Source: Octopus sinensis
Taxonomy: Eukaryota
Assembly: GCF_006345805.1 (NCBI RefSeq)
Contig: NC_042999.1
Coordinates: forward strand, 134,540,001 to 134,604,000
Direction of reading: 5' to 3'
DNA length: 64,000 bases
Shown here: in pieces, positions 41,901 to 54,584 of the stretch
Position numbering within the stretch: position 1 is the first letter of the stretch
Layout of the letters: each line of letters begins with the position of its first letter
Notes under the pieces: model-generated
Told to the model about the DNA's origin: nothing
What the model saw: only the letters and a program-made list of their open reading frames with translations
Databases searched by the model: none
Position numbers and translations under genes: made by a program

Positions 41901-44190
41901 CCCTTCTACTAAAGGCACAAGGGCTGAAATTTCTGTGGAGAAGAGTAGTCGATTACATCGACCCCATTATTTTCCCGCTACTTAATATATCGACCCCAAA
42001 AGGATGAAAGGCAAAGTTGACCTCGAACGGAATTTGAACTCAGAACGTAAAGACGGATAAAATTCCGCAAAGCATTTCACCCAGTGTGCTAACGATTCTG
42101 CCAGCTGTTGCAGTAACAGCAACAATAAACAGAATTTGTGCTAACCAACTCTTGAAGACATTATGATCTTTCAGAACTGCAATACGATTTGTATTTCTGT
42201 GTATAAGAACACTTAATTTGCTTACTAAAATGCGAGAAAAAATAATTGATTGAGCAAGACTGAACTGACAGACTGTCAAGAAATTATAGATCGTTCAGAT
42301 ATGAAAAATTTGGAAACAAACTTTATGTGACGCATTAGAATAAAGACAATTTAAGAAGTGTTAACGATGGAGCACTTATTAAGATGAAGTATTTATAATT
42401 AATATTATTGAAATAGCCAGACGTGCTTAGTACTGAATTTTTTCGGTATTAAAATGAAAAGTAGTTATGTAAGATGTTTGAGAAAGATATCTTGCTTTCA
42501 CGCAAGACTCTTCCCATTTTTGTGCTTGTTTAGCACCAGTTTATCCTTGATCTAGCCGTGAGTATTCCTTTTTCAGTTATAGCGTACCTAGGACTACACT
42601 ATTTAATGTGTCTGGGGTATGTTGAGACAGATTTAGCTGCAATTTCTGGCAGTTCAGGTGATCACGTAAAGGCTCTCCCATGGACGGTAAATTTATGCGA
42701 TTCATCTAATTAATGTGTTATCGATCCAGAACAGTTATTTGAAACTACTGGCACAATCTACCTTTTAGGTGTTGCATATCTTGACCATTTTCTTGCCTCT
42801 GCAATAAATCAACATCTTCAACATCAAAACAGATAATGTGATGAACGCTACAATGTTGTGTTGTTTATTCTGACCAGGCCAATAATAAAGGATAAAGATT
42901 AACATCTTAATACCAATCCGTTTTAAGCAATGATCACCTTACTATGGGTGGAGTAATCGATAGATCTCTCTCAACAGTGAACTAAAATCTCGCTTTGTTA
43001 GGCATAGCGTAATTTTTTAGTATATTTCTTCGTCGTGTCTTCTCGTTTTAGCTGACCTTAGCAAAACTTGACCAAAGAGAAGTAATCTATGGCAGAAGCC
43101 ATCAGTTATATGATCTAAATAAAAACTTTACCTCTAATTCTTAGCCTTCTAAATCCATAGTGTTGCGTTACTAGCCAATGAGGAAGCTCAATCAAAGAGA
43201 AGGCTTTTCCTCATCCCACCCCTTCGAGCTAATGAAAAGGCTTTCTCGAATCAATGAAGAAACCTCTACATCTTACTTAACATACTGGGGCTCTCATTGT
43301 GTCCTTGAAAGGATAGTTGGAGATATCCCTCACCGATTTACGGAGTGAGGTCCCTTGCATCGAGTTTTAGAAATCATTTGGTACAATCGTGCTGCTTTTC
43401 ACACTGAGGACTAATCGAAGAGGCAAACTCAGTTTGTGCGTCACACACTTTTCCATAGATCAGAGCGCTGATGTATCCGTTGATGATATGTCGTCTGAGG
43501 GGATTCTGTGGATATATAAACCTTCATGAACTCACCTCCAAATCACAAAAATGTTTAATTATCACCCATGTGCCAGTAATTATTGTTACAAGGGCTTCCC
43601 ACTCAGAAGAGCTTGAAAAGTTAGAGAACAGAAAACATTGAGAGCCGCTGTTCTTAGGATACTACCGGGCGCAGTTCCGAAAACATCGAAGGAGATCACC
43701 TCATTATTTGGTCCAAAAGCCGATCAGGAAGTCGAAAGACCTTATCCAACGGCCATAACCCCATCTACTTCGTGAAGACAAAGAAGGCAAGGAAAGTGAC
43801 CAAGAATGGCAAACTGTTGGAAGAATCAAGAGTTTTTTTTTTCATTTTATTTTTTATTAATATCTTGGGTGTCGGATCAATCGTTAGATTAGTTGATTGA
43901 AATAGTGAAAGATGCGCTTAATTCAAATTAGTCAGTTACACAAACCACAATTTTTGGCCAAAGTGTTAGCAAAAGATTGGTATTTGTCGGTAGTTTGGTC
44001 GGCGAGGCATCTTTAAAATTTGCAACTTTGGGTATTTTAGCGAATCAGAAGCGCATATTTTACACATCACTCTGGCGAAGAACTCTTTTTCCTTAGTAAC
44101 TGAAGCAAAGAAGCACACGTTTTTGCATAGCTGATTGCGAAGAACACTATTTCCATAGTAACCAAGGATACTGCGCATGCGTACAATGAG

Positions 44191-44385
44191 TGTAACCACA
44201 AAATTCAGTGCAATCAACAAATTGAGAGTACCTGGACATCTTTAAAGCGTGGAAACAAACGCTGGTGTGGGACACACCGTCCCTTGGTTGACTCTTATCT
44301 TTGTGGATTTATGTAGAAAAGGAGATATAAGAAAGAAAATTTATTTTATAAAATCCTAGAATGTAATACAAACTTTTCTTCTTGA
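44191..44385 (+). mobile_element. Merlin (IS1016/ISXO2-like) transposase C-terminal remnant
   Basis: CNHKIQCNQQIESTWTSLKRGNKRWCGTHRPLVDSYLCGFM*KRRYKKENLFYKIL resembles the NH...TQ.IE..W...K.....G.....YL.EF.WR pattern. Confidence 0.7.
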
Positions 44386-45024
44386 GGTTTTTAACAAATA
44401 AATGTCTGTTTTAAGCAATGTTTTGACTGTTATTTCTAGCAACTCCTGTTAGTTTGTTCATAGCTTTTAAATATTTAATTTGCTCGCGAATGTTTTCATG
44501 TTTTTCACTGTTTACTATAGCTAGTTTAACGCTTTGACATGCCGATTCTCCCCGACTCTGATGATGGAAGAGGCAGCGAACGCGCTGTTTTCTGATTGGT
44601 TGGAAATTCTGAAAATTATCAAACTTTGAGCACCTGTAACATTTTTGCAAATTTTTTTTCTGGAATAAACGAATAACAAAATCCAATTCAGCGTCAAAAA
44701 TTACATGTATATGATACATTAAAAAAAAATTTTTAACGATAATTGTAAACAGTTACGAAAACCAGAAAGATCCCAGAAACGCGTTTGAAATCTGATATGT
44801 AAGTTCCGTACGTCAGTCTAGGCAACATGTACAGTTGTGAAGTTCTGAATGATGCTCTGAATTTTATTGATCCAGCGATGAGAATATCCATACACAGTCT
44901 TTCGAAGACAGATGGATGCACGCCAAGAAATTCTGGTTACAACGCTGTACGGGAGTTGCTTTATTCGCATCGTATTTGTATGAACATACGTAGCAAAATA
45001 GGTTGAGACCGTGCAAACGTTAGG

Positions 45025-45410
45025 TGTGGCTGTATAGTAAGAAATTTCCTTCTCAACTACATGGTTCTGGATTTAGTCCGATTGCGTGGCACCTTTGGTA
45101 AGTGTCTTCTACTATAGCCTCGTGCCGACCAAAGCCTTGTGAGTGGATTTGGTAGACGGAGTATGGAAGAAGCCCATCGTATATGTATATGTATGTATAT
45201 AATTATGTGCATGTGTCTTTGTATGTGTTACTCCCCTCACCACCGCCTGACAACTAGTGATGATGTGTTTACACCTCCGTAGCTCTGTGGTTCGGCAAAA
45301 GAACCGACAGAATAAGTACTTGGCTTAAAAATGTCCCGGAGAAGATCTGTTCGACGAATCCCCAGTATGACCACAATTAAATAACTGAAACAGTTAAAAG
45401 ATAAATGATA
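45025..45410 (+). mobile_element. SINE family A
   Basis: gtgtggctgtatagtaagaa...ggcacctttggtaagtgtcttctactatagcc...ggatttggtagacgg, followed by the family tail. Confidence 0.85.
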
Positions 45411-46635
45411 CGTTGTATGCATTGTTTTAATGTTATATAATACATAATGAAACTATGGGATTTCACGGCCGTTACGTTACTTCCGGTTTCTATTGCCATT
45501 TATTTTCACTTTTAACAACACTAAACTGCATCTTAACCGATTTCTAATTGCTATTTCTAGCAGATAGACCAACCGCGTTGAGGTACTCCTCGTTAGTACG
45601 CTATGTCAAATGTTTGTAGCTATTGTGAGCGGGTAATCTCTAAACCACACTAATCCTCCCTCTCCAACTAATGTACGATGCCAGATAATCCGTCTATTAT
45701 CTCTACAGACCATCTTACACAGTAATCACACGACCTATTTATGTAACTGGTTGACAGTTCATGCGGTGCTTAACGATTAAATGTTCATCAATCTCTAACT
45801 CATTCTTCTTCGTTTTCCTCCTTCTCTTCCTCCTCCTTTCTCTCTCTTTCCTTCTCTCTCTCTCTCTCTCTCTCTCTCGATTGTGTGAGACTTTATGGGT
45901 TTTTCTGAGTGTGTGTATATGTGTGCGTGTATGTGTGTGTGTGAGTGTAACTATGCATGTATGTGAGTATGTGTGCGAAAGCATCTAATGTCTGTGTATG
46001 GGTGTAACTGTGAAGGTGTATGTGGTAGTGTCGAAATATGTAAATGCGTGAAATTGTTCTCACGCGCATGTGTGAGTGTTTGTGTGTGTGTGTGTATGTG
46101 CATTTGTATGTGTGTGTATGTGTGTGCATGCGTGTGTGTGTGTGTGTATGTGTGTATGTGTGTGTTTGAGCGCCTCCCTTTGTGTAAGTGTGTGGGAGTG
46201 TATATACGTGGAGATGTATAATAGTGTCTGAATACATGCAACTGTAAATGTATGTGTGTGTATTTGTGTGTATGTGTGTGCATCAGTTTGTGTGTATGTG
46301 TGTGTGTGTGTGAATCAGTTTATGTATACGTTTGTGTGGAAGTGTGTATATGTGAAGCTATAGGTGGGTGAGAATGTCTGTATAAGTGGAAGCGTGATCG
46401 TGTGTGTTTGCGCGTTTGTACGTGTGTGGTGTGTTTGTGTGTGACTGAGTTTAAGTGTGTGTGTGTATATGATAGTATCATTAAGTGTAGGAGTGAATAT
46501 AAGTGTACACGTATGTGTGCGTATGTATGTGAGACTGTCTGTGTGTGGCAGTGAATGTGTTCGCGTGTGTTTATGCATTTGTTACATGCACGAGTGAATG
46601 AACGCATGCGAAATTGAAAAGAATTTGTGTGTGTG

Positions 46636-46694
<59 letters not shown>

Positions 46695-46924
46695 TGTGTG
46701 TGCGTGTAAGCGAGTATTTGTGTTGTGTTTGACAGAACAACATAAAGGTAGGACATTGACTGCAATAATTCCTACCTTGTTGCGTTACCAACTCTCGAGC
46801 CCGGGGACCAAAGACGGACCATGAATTATTTGGTACCGGACCGCACAGAGAGAATAAATTTTAAAATCTCATTTGCATTTCACTGACTATCGCAGGCGGC
46901 AGAGGTCTTTATATTTTATATATA

Positions 46925-48032
46925 CGATGTGCGATAGGTAAATTGTCGCCATTTTGTATTTTTAATTTCACGCATGGACATTGTTGGGTTTTGATTTAAT
47001 CGACTGCTCAGTATAGTAGGGTCAGTTAGGCATCGTCTGTGAGAAAAACAGTACCATGATGCAATTCACTCTGCCAGAAATTTGGAAACAACATGCTGTA
47101 CTGCTTGTTATTCGCGCCGGAAACTCAGAGTGTTTGATTGTCAATCTGAGAACAGTGCAGAGGATTCGGAGTTGGACGAGTGTAATGGTGATTACGAAGG
47201 TACGGCAGTTCGAAAAACTCACTCTGACATGGGACTGAGTTTCTTATCATTAAGCCGTTCGGTTTTCCTCATACAAGATGAGAAAAGGCCAGTTTTTATC
47301 CCAAGCCATCAAGGACAAGAGGAAAGACCGCGCTACGAATTGTTTGAACAAGCATCCCCTCCAATCGAATATGCTTTGGTTTTTCTCAGACGCGAATAAT
47401 TTCTGCCAGGATCAGATGATGAACACACAGAATAACCGTTGGCTTGCCGTGTCCCCAAAACATGTACCGGGTGTGATGAAAATCAATCATCTAGTTAACA
47501 TCAAGGTATTTGGAGTGATAACTAGCGATGGCGCCGTTATACCTCCAGCCACCTTCCCACTCGGAGGCCTACATCAGGTGCCTGGAGGAGGTAGTGCTGC
47601 CCTGGGTCAAGTGGGTGGCTGCCACACAAGCAGGAGAACCCAGTTATGACTGTCAGACAAATTTTGCGACCACATCACCTCTAACATCTGGCCACCTAGC
47701 TCCCCAGACTGCTACCCCCTTCATTATTATGTATGTGGCGCAGTTGAGCGAGAGACCAACAAAACTCCTTATAACATCAAAGATGAATTGAAGGCAAGGA
47801 TTATGGCAGCATTCACCAACTTAAACAAGGAGATCGTCCACAAGAGTTGCAGGAGTTTCCAAAGTCGTCTGGAGGCCGTGGTTGAAGCCAATAACGATTT
47901 TATTTAAGTAATTTACTCTTTAGTATTTCAAGATATTTTTTATGCAATTTTGGTAAATATCTGTTAAAACGAGATGTCAGTGTTATTTTCAATTTTGCGT
48001 AATATAGACGACAATTTATTCACCGCACCTTG
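46925..48032 (+). mobile_element. Tc1/mariner element of the maT (DD37D-type) group, internally deleted and decayed
   Basis: WFFSDANNFCQDQMMNTQNNRWLA, VFGVITSDG, EAYIRCLEEVVLPWV, WPPSSPDCYPLHYYV. Imperfect TIRs (cgatgtgcgataggtaaattgtcg / cgacaatttattcaccgcaccttg) are flanked by TA. Confidence 0.8.
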
Positions 48033-48095
48033 TATGTATGTGTGTGTATATGTTAGTTAGTTAGTTAGTTAATTTGGTATATATATATATATACA

Positions 48096-48296
48096 TAGTA
48101 ATCCCTTGACAATCGCGGGTTTTACCCTCCAAAACCTCCCACAGAAAAATAAAAATCTAAAAAAATATAAATACCTATCGGCTGCAGAAACCAAGATATA
48201 CTGAGGAGTCCGCGATATAAAGTTACATATATTAGCCAGAAAAATCCGCGATGTACTGAGTGCGCGATAGGTGAACCACGATATGGCGAGGAATTA

Positions 48297-48299
<3 letters not shown>
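48096..48299. mobile_element. Tigger/pogo-like MITE
   Basis: Termini tagtaatcccttgacaatcgcgg and ccacgatatggcgaggaattactg|ta form imperfect TIRs. Confidence 0.6.
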
Positions 48300-48382
<83 letters not shown>

Positions 48383-48490
48383 CAAAATAATTGCAAAATC
48401 TCAATAAGAGATGAGATTAGTAACTATGCTAACAAGTAATGTTAAGCGCTACATCAATGTGGCTGTTCCATGTTACTACTAGTTACTCCG

Positions 48491-48547
<57 letters not shown>

Positions 48548-49186
48548 TGTGTTATAAATGCAAGGCGGCGAACTGGCAGAATCATTAGCACGCCGGGCAG
48601 AATGCTTAGTTGCATTTCGTCCTTTAAGTTATGGGTTCAAATGCCGCCGGGGTTGACTTTGCCTTTCGACCTTTCAGGTTCGATAAAATAAGTACCAGTT
48701 GAACACTGGAGTCGATGTAAATTGCACCTGAAATTGCTGGCCAAATTGTATCAAATATGAAATCAATACGTATTATTAATGTAATAACTAAATTATATAT
48801 TATAGAATATATTTTGCTTTATTATGCGCATGACATCCCACCTACCCCCGCACTCCCTCTCTATCCAGTCTGTGGAAAAATTGCCTTGCATGATATCTTT
48901 GCGTTGTGCAAAAAAGGTTGGTAACTACCGCCTTGCAGTTTTCAAAGCAGATAACGATATCTTAGTTGCACATAAGAAAAAAATTCTTATAATTCACAAG
49001 TTTTCTCGATCAGGATTGACCTTGAGTTAAACAATAACTGCGCAACGCTCTTTGAAGTGTCTCCACCTTTAATCTGATATGTTGTTGTTGTTACTGTTAT
49101 TTTAGTTTTATGCTTTTACGCATATTTTGAAACCTCTTCAGACTTGCAACGGAGCATATAATTAAATAGATGCTTATATGGATAGA

Positions 49187-49221
<35 letters not shown>

Positions 49222-49409
49222 TAACCACATATATTCATAGCCATATATATATATACACACACAAACATATATATACCTAGTTTATACACACATTCACACT
49301 CGCGCGCGCACAAACACGCGCGCAGATACACACATACACATACACACCACACATACACTGATACGAACACTCGATATGCGTAATTAAAGGGTCTCGTTCA
49401 ACTGTGCAT

Positions 49410-49665
49410 TTTAGGTACAAAAAATATGTTTACAACTTTAACTAGTTGTAAATGGCGATTAAAAGAGGAAGCCCCGTTGTATAACATCAACTGGAGGTTG
49501 CTGGAACGGTCTCCACCGTATCTCAATGGAAGTGAAAGATGCAGACTCCGCTTGGCAGAGAAGCTGATCCTTCTAAAAAAAACTCAGGCATTCTTGACGC
49601 TTTCCTGAACTCGGAAAGCGAAATTTTCGGGTAATGCCTACACGGTTGCAAACTCATTTTGGCAA
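49410..49665 (+). mobile_element. Penelope-like GIY-YIG endonuclease C-terminal remnant
   Basis: WRLKEEAPLYNINWRLLERSPPYLNGSERCRLRLAEKLILL...LNSESEIFG*CLHGCKLIL matches the W.L.......I.W.IL....PY.....C.LC..EK..IL....LN...E....C.H pattern. Confidence 0.8.
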
Positions 49666-50619
49666 TGTGGTCATGTTCCCTTTTGAACTTGAGAACGGTG
49701 CACATACAACTTGCACATTTTACCCGTGGCTTATGTCAATCCAGATACTTGTGTATAATTTATACATAACATTCAAGCATGTTATGGTCCGATATTTTTT
49801 GATTACATAGGTCTCTTTGTCCTTAGGAATAAGAGTAGTCCGTCAGTAAACCTGGTATATCTTAGCTCAGTGTCCATTGTATTTTTGTTTTTTTTTTCAA
49901 CAGGGTCGTGAGAATTTCCCTGTAGCACGTGATCTTTTTGTACCAGTAGCCTACTATCAGGTCTCTCACAGGTGATTTTCTATTCGGCAGTTTGATAATA
50001 ACCGCCAGGAGTGTTTCACTGGTGATGTTGTATATTTTGGGAGAGGCATCTACACAATATTTGCTTCGTAGTTCATTTAGCCATGCAGCACTGCGAGTGT
50101 GTTCTTTGTATACACTGCAGATTTCCCGTCAGGAGGACACTAGGCCTTTTCTGGAAAGGAGCATTTACTACCGTGATGGTATCACCTTTCATACTGCGAT
50201 ATACAGCTTGTGGGTTTCGGGCAAACTTACGGTTTTGATGTTATTCTGAAGGAAAGTAATCGATTTTGGTTCAGTATTATCCCTCGGAACGATTTCTTAT
50301 TCCATCTGTTGGGGCACAGTTACTGCGGCACAATATAGCAGGACATTTATTATCCAAAAGTTGGGAGTTTGGATTGAGCAACTTGTTCTATCGCAATTTC
50401 GTCGATCGCGGATAAAATCAGGTCGCCGGGGTTTTTTTCCAACTCGTGTTGGTGTCGTTCTCTCATGCCCTGCTTTATGTGTATCTGTAGTGAAGTTCTG
50501 CTTGAACTTCGATGCAAGCTGTGATTTTAGTATTCTGTATTCCTCACTTGTTTTTGTGAAATTATAAATGATTGCCACATGCCCGTGTAGTGGTGGTGGT
50601 TTGTTATTGTTGTGTTCAT

Positions 50620-51000
50620 CTTGGTTGTGCTTCTTGTCGTTCACTGCCTCTTCGCAGTAAAAGTTTCTGCGTTAATACGAGTATTATCATTCGTACATTC
50701 TGGGTGAATGATTTTGTTTTTAGAGTAGCATATTTCTTATCAGCAAATGTAGCCTGCTGGCGTAATTGTTTTGCTGAAAGATCTGAGAATATTGCGTATA
50801 TCTGATCCCAATATTTTAAAAGTCTCTTCATGTAGCATATCGAGGGATCTTCCTTAGCCTTTCTGCAGAACTAGTATAGGTGTTGGCTTAGTTCAAAAAT
50901 CAACAGGAATTTTTCTCGGCAGTTCCATGGTCTACGATAGCTGGCTCCGAGTTCTTTCGTCGCCATGGTCTATGTAGAGTAATTTTCCCTGAGGTCGTAT
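50620..51000 (-). mobile_element. N-terminal region of an R4/Dong-like LINE ORF, decayed
   Basis: RRPWNCREKFLL...YMKRLLKYWDQIYAIFSDLSAKQLRQQATF resembles the RRKW....YMKRL...W......L....LR.QA N-terminal motif. Confidence 0.5.
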
Positions 51001-51194
51001 TTCACTGTTTGATTACTAATACGATCTTTTCGAAAAAGGTTACTTTTTTCATCTACTCAAAGATAACTATTTCTTTCACCAGGCTAATATTAATGGCAAA
51101 AATTATAGGAGATAGTATTCATTATCCGGGAGAATGAATAGTCTTCTGTGCCGACGTGTCTGTATTCGGGGCCATGATGAATAATGTATATATA

Positions 51195-51410
51195 TATTTT
51201 TTTTTCTCTCCTTCTTTCTGTGTTTTTTTTCTCTGTGTATCTTTCTGTTGAAGAGCGTAGGCTCGAAACGTTAAAGACTTGTTTTATTTATATTTCCTGA
51301 GCGCCATACTAATACAATTGTTTGTTTGTATTCCACCTGCCTTCGTCTTTTGTTTATTTCCGTAAACCTGCCTTCGTCTTTTGTCTATTTTCATAAAGCT
51401 TCCCGTTATA
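51195..51410 (+). mobile_element. PLE-type pseudo-LTR fragment; a shorter copy lies at 57123-57208
   Basis: atttcctgagcgccatactaatacaatt...ccacctgccttcgtcttttg...cataaagcttcccgttata is present twice, each time ending in (TA)n. Confidence 0.7.
51240..51277 (+). ncRNA. Minimal type I hammerhead-like fold with an A6U core change
   Basis: UCUUU-CUGUUGA-A-GAGC-guag-GCUC-GAAA-CG-UU-AAAGA. Confidence 0.55.
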
Positions 51411-52730
51411 TATATATATATATATATGCACGCGCGCACACACACAGAGACACATACACACATAAATAAAAAAAACGGAATAAGAACGTAACGGACTTTG
51501 CTCATCTTGTAAGTAAGTATGTATCTATATATATCATGTATGGACATATGCATAAAATTTTATGAGCATAACATTGCGTGCGAAGTAAAAATAAATTAAG
51601 ATTTAACGTAAAATTTTTCCTCATGTGACACACTCGTTAAGGATTTGGAAAAAATGTCTTGCTATATATATTCCACCTCTTAAGGCAACGAGTTGGCTGA
51701 ATTGTTAGTAAACCGGACCAAATTCTTAGCAGCATTTTTTAAAATTTTTATATTTTGTTTTACATTCTGAGTCAAAATTCCGACATCGACTTTATCCTCT
51801 CAGAGTCGCTGTTATAAGTGTCTACTGAGCTCTGAGGTCGATGGAATAGACTTAATCTCTCTCCTAAAATTGCTGGCATTGTTCCAAAATTAAAAACCGA
51901 GCGCGGTGAGCTGGCGGAAGTGCTAACTCGTGGGGAAAATGCTTTGCGTTATTTCTTCCGATTCACTACGTTCCAAGTTCAAATTCCGCCGAGGTCGACT
52001 TTTCTTTTCATTGTTTCGAGATCAGTAGAATATGTACCAGTCATGTCCTGGGGTCGATGTTATTGTCTTGCCCATCCCCTCAAAATTACTGGCCTTGTGT
52101 CAGAAATAATTATTTATTCCGGTTCCTTCCGTTCTGAGTTCAAATCTCACCAAGGCCACCTTTGCTGTTCTTCCTTCCTAGGTCAGTAAGTTCTAGTACT
52201 AAGTAGTTACTTGAGTTGATTTAATTGGCTAAGCTCTCATTTCAAATTTCAGGCTTTATGATTACATCAGAAGCACGTGTTATTGTTATGAGAACGAAAA
52301 AGACTAAGACGTTGAGAGCTTTCGGGATTAAGGATTTAGGAAAAACATGGACAGAGAAGACATATTCGAGGATTTGCAGGCGAGAAACTGTAGGAATAAC
52401 TTGAGGGATTGATGGGTTGGTTTAAATAGGAGTGTCACACCCTTGCGGTTCAGAACAGTTGTAGATGCTGCAAAAGAGACATCAGGTGAAAGGCCTAATT
52501 TTTGTGGAGGTCTAATATTTACACTGGCTTTAAGGTGGCAAGCTGGAAGAATCGTTAGCACGCTAGGCACAATACTTAGCAGCATTTGGTCCGTCTTTAT
52601 GTTCTGAGTTCAAATTCTACCGAGGTCGACTTTGCCTTTCCTCCTTACGGGGTCGATAAAGTAAGTACCAGTTGAGCACTGGGCTCGATGTAATTAATTT
52701 ACCCCCTTCCCTGAAATTGCTGGCCTTGTA

Positions 52731-54009
52731 CGAGGGGCGTTCAATAAGTAATGACCCTGACCCACTTCCTATAGCAGTAGAGCAACGAAACTTGGCACAG
52801 TTATTAGTCTTTTTCTACATAGGAACCACCCTGAGTTACGCATTTCTCCCATCGTTTGATGCAGCTCTGGAGACCGTTTTTGTAGAAGACCCCAGCTTGG
52901 TCCTCCAACCACGACGTGACTTCAGAAATCAAGGCTGCATCATCTGGGAAACGCTTTCCTTTCAAAAACAACTTCATGGCTGGGAAGAGGTGAAAATCAG
53001 AGGTTGCAAGGTCAGGAGAGTAGGAGGGATGGGGGAAAAGTTCATAGCCGCATGCCTGTGCTTCTGATCTGGCGACACGCGAGTTGTGGACCGGAGTGTT
53101 GTCCTGCAGGAGGAGGATGCCTTTGCTGATCTTGCCCCGCCTCTTGATTTTGATAGCTTCTCTTAATTTCCTCAAAAGTGAAGCATAATAGGCTCCTGTA
53201 ATTGTGGTACCCTTTGCCAGGAAATCTGTCATCACTACTCCGTCCTGGTCCCAGAAGACTGTGAGCATGACCTTGCCAGCTGAGGGCTGCACCCTTGCCT
53301 TCTTTGGAGGAGGTGAGTCACGGCGCTTCCACTGCATTGACTGGGCTTTGGTCTCTGGATCATAGTGATGGACCCAGGTTTCATCCTGTGTAATCAGTCT
53401 TTTGAAAAATGTTGACTCATCTTGGCACATCTCCAAATTCATCCTCGAGCACTCGACGCGTTCTTGCTTCTGGAAAGGTGTGAGCAACCTGGGAATCCAT
53501 CTGGCAGACACCTTTTGCATATGCAAATGGCCATGAATGATAGTTTCCACAGACCCGGTACTAATCTTGACCTCATGGGCTATTTGACGAATAGTTATGC
53601 GTCGATCTTCCAAAATGGCAGCCTCAACTTGACGGACAGATGCCTCATCAATGGCAGAAGGGGGGCGACCAGATCTGGGAGCTGTTTCCACAGAGTTCCG
53701 ACCATGTTTGAATTCACGATGCCAGCATTTTACCATGTCATATGATGGGGCATCATCACCATAAGTTACTTTCATTTCATCAAAAGTCTCCCGTGGTGTG
53801 CGTCCTTTCAAATACAAAAACTGGATCACTGCTCGACACTCAACATGCTCCATTTCACACTTGACTCAGTTCAAACACATGTAAGTCAGAAACCACAATT
53901 AGTTCAGAGCTGTAATTTTCCACTTAATCTATAGAGATATAAATAATTGCGCATGCTAGATCAAACAACTGCAAGTGGGTCAGGGGCATTACTTATTGAA
54001 CGTCCCTCG
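52731..54009 (-). mobile_element. Full-length mariner transposon (1279 bp)
   Basis: 37-bp TIRs (cgaggggcgttcaataagtaatgaccctgacccactt and its inverted copy, 2 mismatches). TA duplication at 52729-52730 and 54010-54011. Confidence 0.98.
52804..53853 (-). CDS. Intact mariner DD34D transposase, 349 aa (Himar1/irritans-like)
   Basis: N-terminal HTH, WIPRLLT, ITQDETWVHHYD, LLQDNTPVH and YSPDLATSD. There are 34 residues between the second and third Asp, and no stops or frameshifts. Confidence 0.97.
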   Translation of the reverse strand: MEHVECRAVIQFLYLKGRTPRETFDEMKVTYGDDAPSYDMVKCWHREFKHGRNSVETAPRSGRPPSAIDEASVRQVEAAILEDRRITIRQIAHEVKISTGSVETIIHGHLHMQKVSARWIPRLLTPFQKQERVECSRMNLEMCQDESTFFKRLITQDETWVHHYDPETKAQSMQWKRRDSPPPKKARVQPSAGKVMLTVFWDQDGVVMTDFLAKGTTITGAYYASLLRKLREAIKIKRRGKISKGILLLQDNTPVHNSRVARSEAQACGYELFPHPSYSPDLATSDFHLFPAMKLFLKGKRFPDDAALISEVTSWLEDQAGVFYKNGLQSCIKRWEKCVTQGGSYVEKD

Positions 54010-54282
54010 TAGCAACATTTGAAACTAATATTTGTATTGGGTGAGCCGTTGCAGTAAGATAGTAGTTAGAATGGATAATGTAATTGTAGTGGATGAGTGA
54101 TTACATTTAGCAAGTGGTTGTAGTGAGCCAATAGTTTTAGTAGTCTAATAACTCTATTAATATAACTAATAGTGACAGACGCAATATTGATACCTAGAGG
54201 TAATATGTATTTGCCTTTTAAAAGTGGACGTTGAGTCAGAACACTGCGTTATTTAACATGAGAAAACCTCTCATATGAACAT

Positions 54283-54584
54283 TGTTTGTTCCTTCTCGAG
54301 CCACGCCTGGCTCATAAGGACCGGTTTTCCGGTTTCCTTGGCGTATAGGTTCCCCACCTGGACGGGACGCCGGTTCGTCGCAGGTGAGCTGCTAGATGCA
54401 GGAAGAAAGAGTGAGAGAAAGTTGTGGCGAAAGAGTCAGCAGAAGTTCGCCATTACCTTCTGCCGGAGCCGCGTGGAGCTTAGGTGTTTCGCTTATAAAC
54501 GCACACATCGCCTGGTCTGAGATTAGAACCCGCGATCCCTCGACCGCGAGTCCGCTGCTCTAACCACTAGGCCATGTGCCTCCA
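54283..54584 (-). mobile_element. tRNA-headed SINE family C with a 13-bp TSD
   Basis: Head gtggaggcacatggcctagtggttagagcagcggactcgcggtcgagggatcgcgggttctaatctc (A-box and B-box-like). ctcatatgaacat occurs at 54270-54282 and 54585-54597. Confidence 0.9.

Noticed and set aside
50244-50296. CUGAAGG...GGAA-CG hammerhead-like relic downstream of a PLE endonuclease
   Set aside because: Both core boxes are altered and the stems pair poorly.
54500-54584. tRNA gene
   Set aside because: The tRNA-like head runs into a SINE body flanked by a TSD, and no complete acceptor stem is evident.
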